Below are positions 26,871 to 40,339 of a stretch of 64,000 bases of DNA, piece by piece (the first letter of the stretch is position 1; every line of letters begins with the position of its first letter). A program made the position numbers and the translations under genes. Where the stretch lies: NCBI RefSeq assembly GCF_004010195.1, contig NC_057728.1, forward strand, positions 41,075,821-41,139,820. Direction: 5' to 3'. Source of the DNA: Chiloscyllium plagiosum. Its lineage: Eukaryota. The notes below the pieces were generated by a model that was not told where the DNA came from, did no database searches, and saw nothing but the letters and a program-made list of their open reading frames with translations.

Positions 26871-27939
26871 TTTATATATGTTGGTATATGCAGTGTTGAT
26901 TCTCGTGTCCAATAGAAGAATCTGCCAGTAGACACAGTGGATAATTTTTCCCTGATGTAAAGCTAATGATGGCCATTGAGTGCAGTAATTATTTTTGTTT
27001 ATTATTAGTTTGAGAGAGGAAGAATATAGCTGCTAATCCAAAACAAAATCAATTCTCTGTATATCAATCCTGAATTAATTTTTCTATGACTCTCTCTGCT
27101 TTTGTATGACTCATTGTAAGATTAATTGATAGAATGTTGCTCGGCGAATACATCGTGTGATGTAACTCTTCTATAGTGATCCATTGGAAATAGCTTTATA
27201 TCCCAGGTTTCAGGGGCAGCATTAGTGATTAGGACAATTAAGAGTGTTTTATGCTTTTGGCTGAAGCTGGTTAAAAATTGCTTCTGCTGTGAATTTGTGC
27301 AGTAATTGCCATATGTTCAGAAGCCCATTGTATTCCACAGTAGTCCCAAGATTAACATGACCAAGAAAATTGTAAATTCTGACAATAGAACAAAATACAG
27401 CTGAAAATGCTGTATGAGCTTTCAAATGAGCTCAATGTGTCTGTACCAAAAAAAAAGCTTAAATTATTGGGTAAAGATATGCTACCTTGCCATTAGAGTC
27501 TCTTTCAGATAAGCTAACCTTAATTGCCACTTTGTATAATGAACTGTATAGTTGAAATTTAATCAGTGACTGCCTAGCAAACAAATGAAACAGTGTCACT
27601 GATTTGTGTGTCTTAAGAATACTCCAGGAGTTTCAAATTGCTGGTCAATAACATTCCAGCTTTCATGTTTTAAGTTATCTTGTTGTTCAAAACCAGAGTC
27701 TGCTATCAAAAATGGGGCAGATTTTCCAAGGATTGGCAATCTCATACAGATCGCCATTCTGCCCTTTTTTTCTAAAAACAAAACAAGACAGCTCCCCATT
27801 TCTGACGAGAGATTCTGATCAGGGCTCCTTCAGAAATGCAGAGCTGTACTTCCATTCTGAATCCTTTTTTTTTCTCCCAGGGCTGTCGGGGGAAACTCAA
27901 TCCCCCTTTTCACAACAGTCACTTGCTGGAGTCTGAAAG

Positions 27940-28148
27940 TTTGACAGCAGCTATCTGGCAGTAAGTACGTAAGGTGATGTACAACATCAGGCAAAAGGAG
28001 TATGATGCCCCACCCACCCTTCTGCTGACACCACATGCCCCAAGTGTAACAGAGTTTGCGGTATCCACGTCAGTCTGTACAGCCACCTACAGACTCCCCC
28101 TGAATGGGGGAGATTCATCCTAGTCTGTGAGGTTCCACCGATGATGAC
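27940..28148 (+). mobile_element. RTE-clade LINE 3' end
   Basis: acatgccccaagtgtaacagagtttgcggtatccacgtcagtctgtacagccacctacag translates TCPKCNRVCGIHVSLYSHLQ (RTE C-terminal CxxC..SH motif); short (gat)n tail. Confidence 0.72.
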
Positions 28149-28154
28149 ATAGAG

Positions 28155-28308
28155 TGATGTCGAGGTGCTGGTTTTGGACTGGATGGACAAAACTGGCTGC
28201 ACCTGTGTCCTTCCCTGCACTTCACCTGATGAAGGAGCAGAGCTCAGGAAGCTTGTGATTTCAAATAAACCTGTTGGACTGTAACCTGCTGTCATGTGAT
28301 TTCTGACA
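28155..28308 (+). mobile_element. Short PLE insertion (family 2) with a hammerhead-like motif
   Basis: cacctgatgaaggagcagagctcaggaagcttgtg..aaataaacctgttggactgtaacc; same termini as 43538-43824. Confidence 0.75.
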
Positions 28309-28984
28309 TACGGTGGGTGTGAGCCTTAGGTTCCAGATGGATATGGGGTTGTTGTGCCAGTTGGGATGAGGTGCCTAAGGGGTCAGGAATAGGGTGCCTG
28401 GGGGCAGTGTACTAAATAGGGTACTTGCTGGGTAGTACTAAGCTGCAAATGGGGTGATGGGGGATGGTGGAGAAAAGCACCTATTGGGATAGAGGTCGGG
28501 TTGGTGATAGCAGGGGCAAGAGAGAAGCAGAATGGGATTGGAAAGGAAGGAGGGTGGTGTGAGGTCTGGAATAATGGAAGGGGTTGGCGCCCAATGTGAG
28601 TGGAGGTGTGGCGGTGGTGTACGAGTAAGGACAGTGGCAGTTTGTGTCTGGAATGGGGGGAATTGCGGTGGATCTTGGATGTTGTGGGGGGGCAAAAGGC
28701 AGATCGGGATGGGGTGGGGTTTTGGAAGGCTCCTGGGGGGTTTGAGCAGGATTGTTGTTGGTCCAGGGTCTGGAGGTATGATTAGTCTAGGGACGGTGTA
28801 ACTGGAGGTCTGAGAGGTCGATTAGTTCCTCAGGAGTTCAACTATTTAGAGTATATATTTTATAGTCTTCATTTTCCTGAATAATGATTAAATTATTTTC
28901 TGTGAGCCTGTCCTAATTCTCTCATTTAAATGATGACTATTGGATGTTTCAAGCTGTAAATGAAGACCCCAAGGAAGCAGAGAT

Positions 28985-29193
28985 TTGAAGAGAGTGGTAC
29001 TGGAAAAGCACAGCCGGTCAGTGCGCATCCAACAAGCTGGAGAATCGATATTTCGAGCATAAGACCTTCATCAAGAATTATGCTCAAAATGTCGATTCTC
29101 CTGCTCCTCGGATGCTGCCTGACCGGTTGTGCTTTTCCAGCACCACACTCTTCGACTCTGATCTCCAGCATCTGCAGTCCTCGTTTTCTTCCT
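28985..29193. mobile_element. PLE family 1 inverted pLTR pair
   Basis: gtggtactggaaaagcacagccggtcag / ctgaccggttgtgcttttccagcaccac arms followed by tail ctctgatctccagcatctgcagtcctc. Confidence 0.85.
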
Positions 29194-29418
29194 GTAACAG
29201 AGATTCCATAAGGATTCTGTTTGTAATTCCCATCTGCGCTGAACTAATGACTGTCTGTCTAGATATCAGAAAGTCTAGGCATTCTCCCACTCATAATAAA
29301 GTACCCTGATATGCTTCAGGAATATTTAAAGCAAAATTTGACATTAAGCTACTTAGGCAGTATTAGGCCAGCTCACCGATAGCTTGGTCGAAGAGACCAG
29401 TATTCAAGATTTTTAAAA

Positions 29419-29731
29419 TTAGAATCCCTACTGTGTGGAAACAGGCTCTTTGGCCCAACAAGTCCACAACGACCCTCCAAAGAGTATCCCACCCAGACCT
29501 ATTCCCCTGCATTTGGCCCTGACTCACGCACCTATCCTACACATCCCTGAACACTATGGGCAATTTAGCATGGTCAATTCACCTAACCTGCATATCTTTG
29601 GACTGTGGGAGGAAACCGGCGTAAACCTATGCACACACTGGGAGGACATGCAAACTCTACACAGTCACGCGAGGTAGGACTCAAACCTGGGTCCCTGGTG
29701 CTGTGAGGCAGCAGTGCTAACCACTGACACC
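29419..29731 (-). mobile_element. HE1-type V-SINE
   Basis: gtgtggaaacaggctctttggcccaacaagtccac...gctgtgaggcagcagtgctaaccactg. Confidence 0.9.
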
Positions 29732-30156
29732 CCAAATCTCTTAGAGGCAAAGAAAATTATAGAGGGAGTCCCAGAGCTGGGGGCCTTGGTTTCCAATGGC
29801 GTATCTACTAATGTTAGAAGGATTAAAATTGGTCATGTTCATGAGGCCAGAAGTCAAGGAGCACGGTCACCTCCAATAAAAGCAAAATATTGCGGTTGCT
29901 AGAAAGCTGAAACAAAAAAAAGTTGCAAGTCCTGGAGAAAACTGGGTTTGGCAGCACCTGTGGAAAGAGATAAACAGTGTTAACATTTCAAATCCAGTCC
30001 AATTCTTCAAGTCACACTGGACTTGAAGCATTATAACGTCTCCACTTTCACAACTCCAAGATAATTGTGAAGATTAGTGAAGCAAGCCCCTGGAGGGATT
30101 TGAAGACCAATTATGAGAATTTTAACATCAAGGTATTACTGAACAAGTAGACATTA

Positions 30157-30259
30157 ACCAAAAACAGAAATTGCTGGAAAAACTTAGCAGGTCTGGCAGC
30201 ATTGTGGAGAGAAATCAGAGTTAACCTTTCACGTCAATTGACCCTTCCTCAGAACCCAG
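30157..30259 (-). mobile_element. PLE family 3 single arm with TSD
   Basis: Flanking aagtagacatta (30145-30156) and aagtagacaata (30260-30271); reverse complement holds ctgaggaagggtcaattgacgtgaaaggttaac. Confidence 0.75.
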
Positions 30260-30939
30260 AAGTAGACAATAAAGGTAAGTATGCACAGGGGTGATTAAAT
30301 AAATAAGGCTTCGTGCAGGTCAGGCTATGCACAAGAAGGGTTTTGGACCACCTTTTAGAGATTAGAATGTGAGATGCTGACCAGAAGTTTGCTGAAATAA
30401 TTTAAGTTTTTTTCAAGTAAGATGGGCAGAGATGTGGATTTGAGCAGTAATGAGCAGAGTCTGCCAATGTTACAGAGATGTGAAATCGACAGACTTACTG
30501 ATGGAATGAATATTTGGCCAGAAATTCATCTCCACCTGAAACATGAGAATAGGGTTGGCAATTAGCAGGAGGAAAGATGGATCGGGTGAATCAAGAAAGG
30601 AGTTGTAGTTTTAGCTAATGTTTTAATTTGTTATTGATTTAAGCAGTCTCACAATTCAGAGGAGTGAAGAGAAGTGGTGGTGAAATAGAGCTGGCAGTGT
30701 GCGAGAAAACTAACCATTTTTCTGGATAAGGTCATCAAAGGCAGATTAGATCAAAAGTAGAAGACCAAAGATTGGGAACAACAGAGAGAATACATGGAGG
30801 TGGGAAGGTACCCCATCAAATTTGAGTGAAGGTGGATTAAGTCATGTCTAAAGGATAATTAAAATGGTGTGGAAGGTATAAGAACTGTCCATAAAATACC
30901 CCTGTTACGATTGCCCTTATCATCTTGTCTTTGGGAGCA

Positions 30940-31200
30940 AACACCTTCGTCCATTGAACTTGCTTCACTATTCAAGGTGGTCATGGCTGATCTTCTGCCT
31001 CAACTGTATTTTCCTGTCTGCCCCCATATCCTTTTATTCCTGAGAGATTAAGTATCTGCATCTACTCAATGATGGAACATCTACAAACCTTTGCAGCAGA
31101 GAATTCCAAGGGTTCACTATTGTTTTCAATGAAGACTTTTCTCCTCTGTTCCATCCTAAATAATTCTTCATATTGGCCTGGGACTATGCTACCATGTTCT
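30940..31200 (-). mobile_element. Decayed CR1 3' fragment
   Basis: atggctgatct...cccccatatccttt...agagaattccaagg. Confidence 0.6.
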
Positions 31201-31528
31201 ATGTAATGGGAAACTAATTTATAGCCACATCCTGCATTTCTTTTCTTTTCTTAGGGCATTATTCAAGGGGCTGAATTGTATGATCAAGACAATTCCTATA
31301 ACTGGGTTCTTAATGGGAAAGTTGCACAATTTAGATGTTGATAATCTAATGCGTTTAAGGAACAAAACAATGTGAGTAAAACTGATTGTTCAGTTTAGTT
31401 TAAAAGGGTACCTATCCACATATGAGACTCTCACCAAATGAGGTGTCACTCAATTGTCAGATTTATGCAATATGTCCACATGTTAGCTGTGACATGCAAC
31501 TGCTGCTGATTGGGGAACTATATTTTCT

Positions 31529-31530
<2 letters not shown>

Positions 31531-31569
<39 letters not shown>
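31531..31569. repeat. (CA)19 microsatellite
   Basis: Directly visible. Confidence 0.98.
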
Positions 31570-31571
<2 letters not shown>

Positions 31572-32500
31572 GTGGGGGCAATACGTGTGGACACTGTTGT
31601 GATTGCTAGAACATGTTTAGGAGAAGTGAGTATAGTTTTCATAACACTCTTGCTTATATGGTGAGGCACCAATTAGATGAATATTTCAGTGTATGAGAGC
31701 CATACTTCCCACAAACTCATTGTGATAGGGTTTTGTGCTGTACGCTAACATATTATAAACTTTTCTCATCAATGGAATCATCCCAACTATATGGCTGAGA
31801 GTTTTCAGGGGGCAGTTGGTGAATTAAGCATATAACCTGCTCAAATTTGATCACAATTTCTGAAATATTTGCATAGCTCAAGTTTGTTTTTGTGTCATCA
31901 AAATATAAAATCTTCCATGAACCAACACAATTAGGGCTGTAGTTTTTGCTTTAAAAAGTAATTTGCATTATTGAACACTTCCGATTTAAGACTGGTATGT
32001 GATGCAGTTTTCCTTTTAAAGCTACAAATGCATTTACTGCAAGAATAAGCATATAGTCATAAAGTTGTACAGCATGTCAATGATGACCAGATATTCTACA
32101 TTAATCTATTATCTGCTAGTATTTGGCCCATATCCCTCCAAACCCTTCCTGTTCATCTACCCATTCAGCTTGTAATTGTACCAGCCTCCACCTTCTGGCA
32201 GATAATTTCATACATGCAGCACCCTCTGCGTAAAAAAATAAAGTTGCCCCTTCCATCCCTTTTTAAATCTTTGCCTTCCTCCCTTAAACCTAAGCCCTCT
32301 AATTTTGAACTCCCCTATCTGAGGAAAATGACCTTGGTTGTTCACCCTATCCATGCCCCTCATGATTTGTAACTCTCTATAAAGTCACCCCTCAGCTTCT
32401 GACGCTCCAGAGATGATATTTCACCAAATAAATTAGGGACAATATTTCATCCTCACTAACACTCAACACTGGAGCCTCCTTGGGGTGCCTACTCAACCCC

Positions 32501-32581
32501 GGCTTATGCCCGAAACGTCAATTCTCCTGTTCCTTGGATGCTGCCTGACCTGCTGCGCTTTTCCAGCAACACATTTTCAGC
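32501..32581 (+). mobile_element. PLE family 1 terminus nested in Rex1
   Basis: ggcttatgcccgaaacgtcaattctcctgttccttggatgctgcctgacctgctgcgcttttccagcaacacattttcag. Confidence 0.85.
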
Positions 32582-33034
32582 CCATACTGTACTCACTGTA
32601 TACCCATGACTGCATTGCCAAATACCAGACTAATGTCATTTACAAATTCGCTGATGACACCACCATAGTCGAATCTCAGCTGGCGACGAAACAAACTACA
32701 GAAGGGAGGCGGAAGACCTGGAAAAATGGTGCACTGAGAACAACCTAGCTCTCAATGCCAGCAAAACCAAGGAACTCATTATTGACTTTCGGCGGGATGT
32801 TACTCCTGCCTCCCTCCCTTCCTCAGACGGCTGAGGAAATTTGGCATGATGGTGAATACCCTTGCCAACTTTTATAGGTGCGCCATCGAGAGCATTCTGT
32901 CTGGATGTAGCACTACCTGGCATGGCAACTGTACCATTCAAGATCAGAGACTGTTATAGAGGGTGGTGAACTCAGCCTGGACAATCACAAAGGCCAACCT
33001 CCGATCTATGGAATCCATCTACCAGGCCTGCTGT

Positions 33035-33463
33035 CTGAACTACAGGGAGAGGCTGAACAGGCTGGGGCTGTTTTTCCTGGAGCATCAGAGGCTGAGGGGT
33101 GACTTTATAGAGGTTTACAAAATTGAGGGGCATGGATAGGATAAATAGACAAAGTCTTTTCCCTTGGTCAGGGAGTCCAGAACTAGAGGGCATAGGTTTA
33201 GGGTGAGGGGAAAGATATAAAAGAGACCCAAGGGGCAACTTTTTCAGGCAGAGGGTGGTACGTGTATGGAATGAGCTGCCAGAGGATGTGGTGGGGGCTG
33301 GTACAATTGCAACATTGAAGAGGCATCTGGATGGGTATATGAATAGAAAGGTTTGGTGGGATATGGGCCGGGTGCTGGCAGGTGGGACTAGATTGGGTTG
33401 GGATATCTGGTCGACATGGACAGGTTGGATCGAAGGTTCTGTTTCCATGCTGTACATCTCTAT
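33035..33463 (+). mobile_element. HER1/CR1 3' fragment nested in Rex1
   Basis: ORF 33255.. VRVWNELPEDVVGAGTIATLKRHLDGYM; tail gtttccatgctgtacatctctatg. Confidence 0.93.
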
Positions 33464-36139
33464 GAAAGGCCGCCAGCATTCTCAAAGATCCATCCGAATC
33501 TGGCAATGCTTTTCTACAACCTCTACCATCAGGGAGAAGATGCAGAAGCCTGAACACACGCACCAGCCTGTTTTGAAACAGTTTCTACCCTAACGTTGTT
33601 AGAATGTTGAATGGACTCTCAAACTCTTAGCATTCACCTGTACCTGTGTTTTGGCTTTTGCCGCTGTTTACCGATTATTTACTTATCTATGCTATTTAAC
33701 TACGTGATCTGCCTGTATTGCTAGCAAGACAAAGCTGTGCCTCGATACACATGACAATAAATTCAATTCAATAGCCCCAGCCTATTTAGCCTCTCCCAAT
33801 AGCTCAAACCCTCCAAACTTGGCAACATCCTTGTAAACCTTTTTGTGAACCCTTTCAAGTTTCACAACATCTTTCCTATAGCAGGGAGACCAGAATTGCA
33901 CACAGTATTCCAAAAGTGGCTGAACCAACGTACTGTACATCCACAATATGTCCCAACTAGTATAGTCAGTGCACTGACCAACAAATGCAACCTTCACTAC
34001 ACTCCACTTTCAAGGAGCTATGAATCTGCACCCCAAGTTCTCCCTGATAGACTCCCCAGGACCTTACCATTTAAGTGTATAAGTCCTGCCCTAGTTTGCC
34101 CTGCCAAAATGCAGCATCTCTCACTTATCTAAATTAACCCCCATCTACCACTCCTTGGTCCATAGACCTCCAGTCCAAAAAGCAACCCTCCACCACCACC
34201 ACCCACTATCTCTCACCTTTTGAGCCAACTTTGTATCCAGAAGGCTAGTTCTCCCTTTATTTCAGGTGATCTAACCTTGTTAACCCATCTACCATGAGGA
34301 ACCTTGTTGAACGCCCTACTGAAGTCCATATAAACTAGACAGCATCATGTTCAGCAGCTGTCTGTGGTATTTATGTAATGGAAATGATATTTAATGGAAA
34401 TGATATTTAAAGAAAACCACACAGAACCATTCACCAGTCCACTTTATCTTATTCAAGAAACTTAATTTTTAAAAACTCACCTATGGAATCCTTGCACCTA
34501 AAACATAAGCACAAAACATAGGTTGATTAGAAATCTCAAACTGTTCAGAAATGTTACTACACACCTCTGAAGCAGGTGGGACTTGATTCAAGTTCTCCTG
34601 GTCCTGAGGGATCGATTCTGTGCCACAGAAGCTTTTAACTGATAAAATTCAAACTGGATAATTTGACTATTGGCAAGCACTTTACAGGGACAGGGTAGGG
34701 GGACGAATCCGGATAAGATGCTTTTTTGAGGGTCAGCGTGAACTCGATGGGCCAAATGGCTTGATCCTTTTTCTTAAGAAAAGAAACTTCATGGAGGTCT
34801 CAAACTCTTGTTTTTGAGCTCAGTCAAAGTTTGCATTTAGGACTTCGTCTTGGTCCCTATCTGAGTATTGCAATTATCATTTCACTTTCTTTAATGAGAG
34901 TCAATTTTGAAAATGGACACATGAAGAACAATCACTTAGATAAAAAATGTGAGGTCTGTGTTTTGTTATTACACGTTCCGTGTAGTAAAGTGGTTGATAA
35001 CCATCAGTGAACATACCAAATATCAAGCCAGCTTTCTTAAGCCCATTATCCATCTATCTGCATCAATGTGTTCAGGCGTGCTAATAGCATATAACTTAGG
35101 AATTCATTAATCATCTCCTTATAAAATTTTGCTTAAAATGTGATGAAGAAAATGTTGAATTTAAACTGTGGCTGAAGATGACTTATAGGCAGAGGATGTA
35201 ATTTAGGAGATAGAATGGGTGATATAATTGCACAGTCAATTCACATTCAGATAGGAGTCAGGAGCATGTTTATAGCTACTGGAGAAAGTTATAAAGATTC
35301 ATTTGTAAGCATTATGATGTTTTAATGGCTGTCCTTTGCTAGTGTAGCATTAAACTGTAGTAGGTTTTCCTTTACAAATATTGCAATTGGTGGCACTGTA
35401 CGTGGTCCTCATTTTGACTTTAAATATGAGCTGCATTCTAACATATTTCCATAATTGCAGGGCTCATTGAGTCAAGGGACCGTTTATTGCACACAAATTG
35501 TAATGTCTATTTCTGATGAATTAAGCACTAGCAGGAGTGGCTATATTCACGTGCCAAACATACTTTAATGAATGTTTTTCCAGTTCTGATAGTCTGGTAT
35601 AAATGGTAGTTTTTATCTTAGGTAGAATGCTAACATCTGATCAAGTGCTGGATTAATGTCTGTGTGACTGACTGACTAACCTGATTCACATCCTTGCCAT
35701 TATATGAAAATATTTTGATAGCATCTTATGCACAGATGTTTAGTCTTTGCCAAGTCTGACAATTTTTCAAGTTAGACAAAAGTGAGAATACCAATCCTTT
35801 GGCAAACCCTAAAACATACACAGTGGGTGGCTTTTGCTATGGTTTTAATGATATGCACTTAATTAAGGTTAATGCTATGTAAATGTCAAGAAATGATTTC
35901 CACTTGCAAACTGTCTACGTTCCTAAAGTATTCTCTTGCACTAAGTGAAAATTCTTGGTTTGTTTCGTGAGCATAATTTGTCTCCTTAAGTTCTGTTCGC
36001 TAGCTTCAAGGAGCCACCGAGAACACTGCTTGTTCATGGCATAGAGCTATTGGAAGGTTAAAATTGTTCAGAAAGACTTGGAAGGATCGATCCCTCATTG
36101 GAAGTGATGGGGATTAAACGTAGAATGAAAGCAGCTGGT

Positions 36140-36690
36140 GTAGAGTGTCCCAAAACCGGTAGGTCTCTAAAGTTAAAATAGACTGACAATGATGTAGAGG
36201 CCTTTTGAGACCATACTTTGAGTTCTTCGTATAGTTTTGGTCCCCTTATCTCAGTTGGTGTTAAACTTTCTTGGGATGGAATGCACTGCAATGCAGATTC
36301 ACCAGACTGCTTCCGATGATAAGAGCTTTGTCCTGTGAGGATAAGCTAGGTGTGTATTCCCTGGATTTTGAAGGAGAAGTGAGAAGTGATCACATTGCAA
36401 CATAGTACCGACCCTGTGAAGATTTTTATTCTATGAAAATATTTCCCTTGGCTAAGGAGTCTGGGACTAGTGCATCAGAGTCTCCGTCTGAGCCTGAGCT
36501 TAGGAGAGATTTCCTCACTCAGTGCTGAACCTTTAGATTTTTTTTACCAGAGACGTGTGGATGCTCAGTCCTGGAGCATATTAATGCAGTGAATGATATT
36601 TTTGGATGTTCCGAGTTAAAGGATATATGGATGGTGTAGGCTGAAGTAAAAAGATCTGCCTTAAAACTAGTGAAGGGAGCTAAATTCCTC
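36140..36690 (+). mobile_element. Heavily decayed CR1 fragment
   Basis: ttttggtccccttatctcag; agattcaccagactg; gagatttcctcactcag. Confidence 0.55.
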
Positions 36691-37479
36691 ACTTTTAAGT
36701 GTTAATATTAAAACTCAAATGATTTGAAAGAACATCTTTCCTGTTATTTCTGCTTGTTAAAGATTGCATTGTATTGAAATGATTACCAACTGTACAAATA
36801 TTTAAAGATAAATTAAATCCATTTTTAAAAATGACAATTTGCAGGTAGAAATTATTGCCCTCTGAATGAGGTTTGTTGTAATCTGATAGAGTCGGGTGGC
36901 ATGTATGTTGATTCACCGAGGGATTTTTCCTACACTGAATTGTTTTTCACAATTTCCTTGTGAATTGGCTATTTAGGCTTCCTTTGTCTGTCATTGGTTT
37001 GGTTCTGCTGCCCTCTGTTGGTTTGCAGTAATAAGATTCTGAAAAAATAACCTTCGGTTATAAGACAATGGGGTTGCCTAAGTGAGAGAGTGGAAACTCG
37101 GGCTTCATTTGTGGCTTGTTCTGTGTTTAGAGATGGTCATGAAGCCAGGCTTGGTAATCAGGATTGTTTTTAATCAGTTAATATACACAGCAAGGAGTGA
37201 TTGTTGAATGGACAGAGTCTGAGGTCCTCTTGCATGGAGTGTCAACTTGATGTAATTTCATGTAATATTATCAGCTGTCCTGTTGATAGCCATTGCTTAT
37301 GTTACAGCTCAGTTGAAAATCATACTGTTCATGGTGGAACTGAATCACAAAATTGTTAGCGGTACAGAAGGACGCTGTTCTTCTCCTGTGTTAATTGTGG
37401 AGTTTTGAACATTTTTGTCCTTGTCCTGAACCATGTACATGGGTCTGCTTACTCCTGCACACCGAGTGATACCTCTATG

Positions 37480-37745
37480 TTATGCTGTCTGCTATGTTCT
37501 TTGCACTAAAGTGCATCACCTCTCACATCTCAGCATTGAATCACATCTGCTACTTATCCACCCACTTTACTACCCACTCACTGTAATTTTGAAGTTCTAC
37601 ACTGTCCTTACAGTTTACAGCTCTTCCAAGTTTTATGGTATCTGAAAACTTTAAAGTTGTCCCGTGTACATCAAAATCTAAATCATCTCTACACATCCAG
37701 AAAGGCAAGAGCCTCAATACCAACCACAAGAGGCTTTCAAGATTA
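37480..37745 (-). mobile_element. Decayed CR1 RT fragment
   Basis: ORF 37550..37849 DDLDFDVHGTTLKFSDTIKLG...LQ. Confidence 0.6.
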
Positions 37746-38154
37746 ATCCCCAAAGTGTGCTTTTTTATGCCAACTTTGGAGTGTTTCATTAGCCTTGGGA
37801 AGGGACAATAGAAAGCAACCAGGATTCCCATTCTTGCTTTACCATCCATTGATCCTATAATGAAATAAAGTGCCTAATGTCAATGCATTGATTAGTTTTC
37901 CTCTACACCGGTAACTTCTTTTTGCTTTTGAAGATTCCTCCTAGGGCTTTTCTCAAAAACTAGAAAAGCTTAATTGTCGGGAGTTACTTTTCCATTCTCT
38001 TGAACCCCTTATTATGTGTCGCAATAATGTGGTATGTTATCTTTATTTCTGTTGACATCGGGTATTCAGACTTACAAAGAAACACAATTACATGAGTTCA
38101 ACAGTATTGTCCATTGTTGTCCATTGTGGTATCATAGTGGCAACATCATCAAAG

Positions 38155-38411
38155 AATGGCAACACGGTTTTGCGGCAGCAATGCAGCAGGGGGACTTGTG
38201 CTGGAAGAACCTGCTGGTGAAGGATGGAAGAACCTGGACCCACACCCATGGTCAAACTTCTAACTTTGTCTTTATTTCCTGTATTATACCTAAGATTTTG
38301 TACCCAAGTACCTTTTGTACCTGAGATGGTGCCGGAGAATAGTGACTTAGTACACTTTTCACTGTACTCCTGTATCCCTGTACTTGTGACAATAAAACCT
38401 AATTTTAATTC
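38155..38411 (+). mobile_element. Putative non-autonomous element with Rex1-like 3' tail
   Basis: Ends acacttttcactgtactcc...cttgtgacaataaaacctaattttaattc. Confidence 0.5.
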
Positions 38412-40339
38412 CTCACAAATCAGTGCTGCGTTGTTAAACACAAAGCCACAACACAAGAGGAATAATTTCTATTTGCTGCAGGACTTAAACTGACCCAGAT
38501 AATAGACATATTAGTAACAAATTGTTTGTTTTTAAAAAATTGATACATACATTAATACAATACATCACACACAAAAAGCCATAATAAATATGCTTTCCAC
38601 AGCCTGGAATGTTCGTAGCTAAATGAGTTGCTCCAGTTAACGGAACACACATTGGGAAACAACTTGTGCAAACTTTCAGTTCTGAATGGCTCAACAACTG
38701 CTTAGAGAATCAAACTGAGCCATCAAAGGGGCTCAAACGGAACATTCACCCCTGTTTAGGAATTCTAGATGGTTGTGATTTCCTTGTCAATGATGGAGCT
38801 ATGGCACCTGTTGCCAGTTTTCATCAAGGTTAGCAACCTATCTAGTGATTTCTGGCATGATTTTCCCTTTCCCTGTTGGCAGTTTAAATCGGAAATCCAG
38901 TCAAGATGCAATGTTGCCATGCCAGAACATGAATGTGAGCAGCAAGTGGTGAGCATAATGGAGCATTTACACTTGGCAAAACAGCAAATAAAAAGCATTG
39001 ACTATCTCCCTTTTCAATCTAGATTTTCAAAAGGTGAAGCAATTCTGGATTGGATTAAAATGGAGGACAAAAAGCAAATGTTTCACTTGTTGTAAACATT
39101 TTACATTTTTTATTGATATTTCACAACTATTAACTTAGCTTTCCATGGCCAGTGAGGATGTTTAACAATAATCTTCAAATTAAGAAATAGTACACCTCAT
39201 TCAACAAAGTGTGACTTCAAGGATTTTACAAGTAAGACAACAATATAAGAATGAAAGTTCACATTGATTCATTTCATTTTCCATTGCACTCTGGAGGTGC
39301 CTCAACATCAGACAATCTGGGCAGGTAAAGAATCGCTGATTGCTATTGTTGGATTTCGATGGGAATCTGGGCATGTGAAGACTCCCTTGCTGTTGCTGTC
39401 ATTTTCAGTGGAGTAACAATCCATAAAGGTTGACTCTGTCATCATTGGCCCAGATTTTTAGTGGTAACAATTGTACTGATCTTGCTGTTTTCTTGAAAAA
39501 TATAAAATAGCAAAACTACTTCCTTCAGATAAATTGTCATAGTTTTGACTTTTTGAGGAGGGTACCAGATTAAAAACTCATTAAATAAAATGTGAAGTTT
39601 TTGTCTGTGTAAAACAACAGTGAAATTGGACCCTCTTAACAGCATTTTCCAATCACGTGAACCAATTTTAAGATTTAAAAATGCAACTGAGGAGACAGAC
39701 TAAAGCTGTTACATGGTCAAGAACCCTCTTTATTTTTGATTTCAAATAGAGCATTGTTTCAAACTGCAAGTAGTCTAATTAATTTCTCACATAATGCTTG
39801 TTCTGCTTCAATGATGGGTACCAATTGAATGAATTGTCCCTTGTGGTGACATTGCATAATGGAAGTACCTTCAGTTTTACCAAAAATGTATGCATTTCAT
39901 TAACTTTGAAACAGTTGCTGAATCTTATCCTGTCTGTTCCGATCTGTTAAGAATTTAAAGAACAAATAACTTAGCATAATTTATTTTTGGTGTGCAACAA
40001 GATATATTTGGAGATTTCGGCAGGGTTATATAGTTGTAAAATGATAATTGTTTAGTTCTGGACAAAAATGGAGAGATAAGGCAGAGTCAGCACAAGTGAA
40101 GTGAAGGTAAGTTAGTGAAACAGTTCATTTAAAATCATCAAGTTGGTCATGCACTAGAGTTCTTGAGCTGGGGCTTTATCTACTCTGACTGCTTTTCTTT
40201 TTCTTTGTGTCCTTGTCTCAATTATTTCTTCATCATTTCTGTAATGAAAATGGTGCTAAATTATGACGACTTATACACCTCTCACTGTATTTTCATAAAT
40301 ACTAGTGGCTAGAAATTGCTATTCTATTCAATTTCCTCT

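Larger units (their letters stand above)
29300..30790 (-). mobile_element. Decayed L2-clade LINE interrupted by an HE1 SINE and two PLE family 3 pieces
   Basis: cccctggagggatttgaagac; ggtgaaatagagctggcagtgt; similar to 10990-11440 and antisense to 55130-56050. Confidence 0.55.
32435..33772 (+). mobile_element. Rex1/Babar-clade LINE, 5'-truncated, with two nested insertions
   Basis: ORF 32485..32748 ILYSLYTHDCIAKYQTNVIYKFADDTTIV; ccaaggaactcattattgactttcgg (KELIIDFR); tail catgacaataaattcaattcaat. Confidence 0.87.
32052..34335 (-). mobile_element. HER1/CR1 LINE split into 32052-32412 and 33772-34335 by a Rex1 insertion
   Basis: Left piece ends ctcagcttctgacgctccagaga and resumes atagccccagcctatt; ORF 33782..33997 [15 protein letters not shown]. 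Confidence 0.88.

Noticed and set aside
28438..28801. Gly-rich and Pro-rich ORFs as genes
   Set aside because: They are by-products of a G-rich low-complexity tract, with no recognisable domain or splice structure.
6655..30050. Hairpin elements (6655, 19818, 25675, 29875) as DNA-transposon MITEs or miRNA precursors
   Set aside because: The arms share the ctggcagcatc / gatgctg..agac and GAAA-cgttaac motifs of PLE termini and, where TSDs are visible in this family, they are long and variable rather than short and fixed.
31422..31672. ORFs with HT or VC repeats
   Set aside because: They are translations of the (CA)n microsatellite.
34376..34407. 16-bp tandem duplication taatggaaatgatatt x2
   Set aside because: An ordinary slippage duplication with no further structure.
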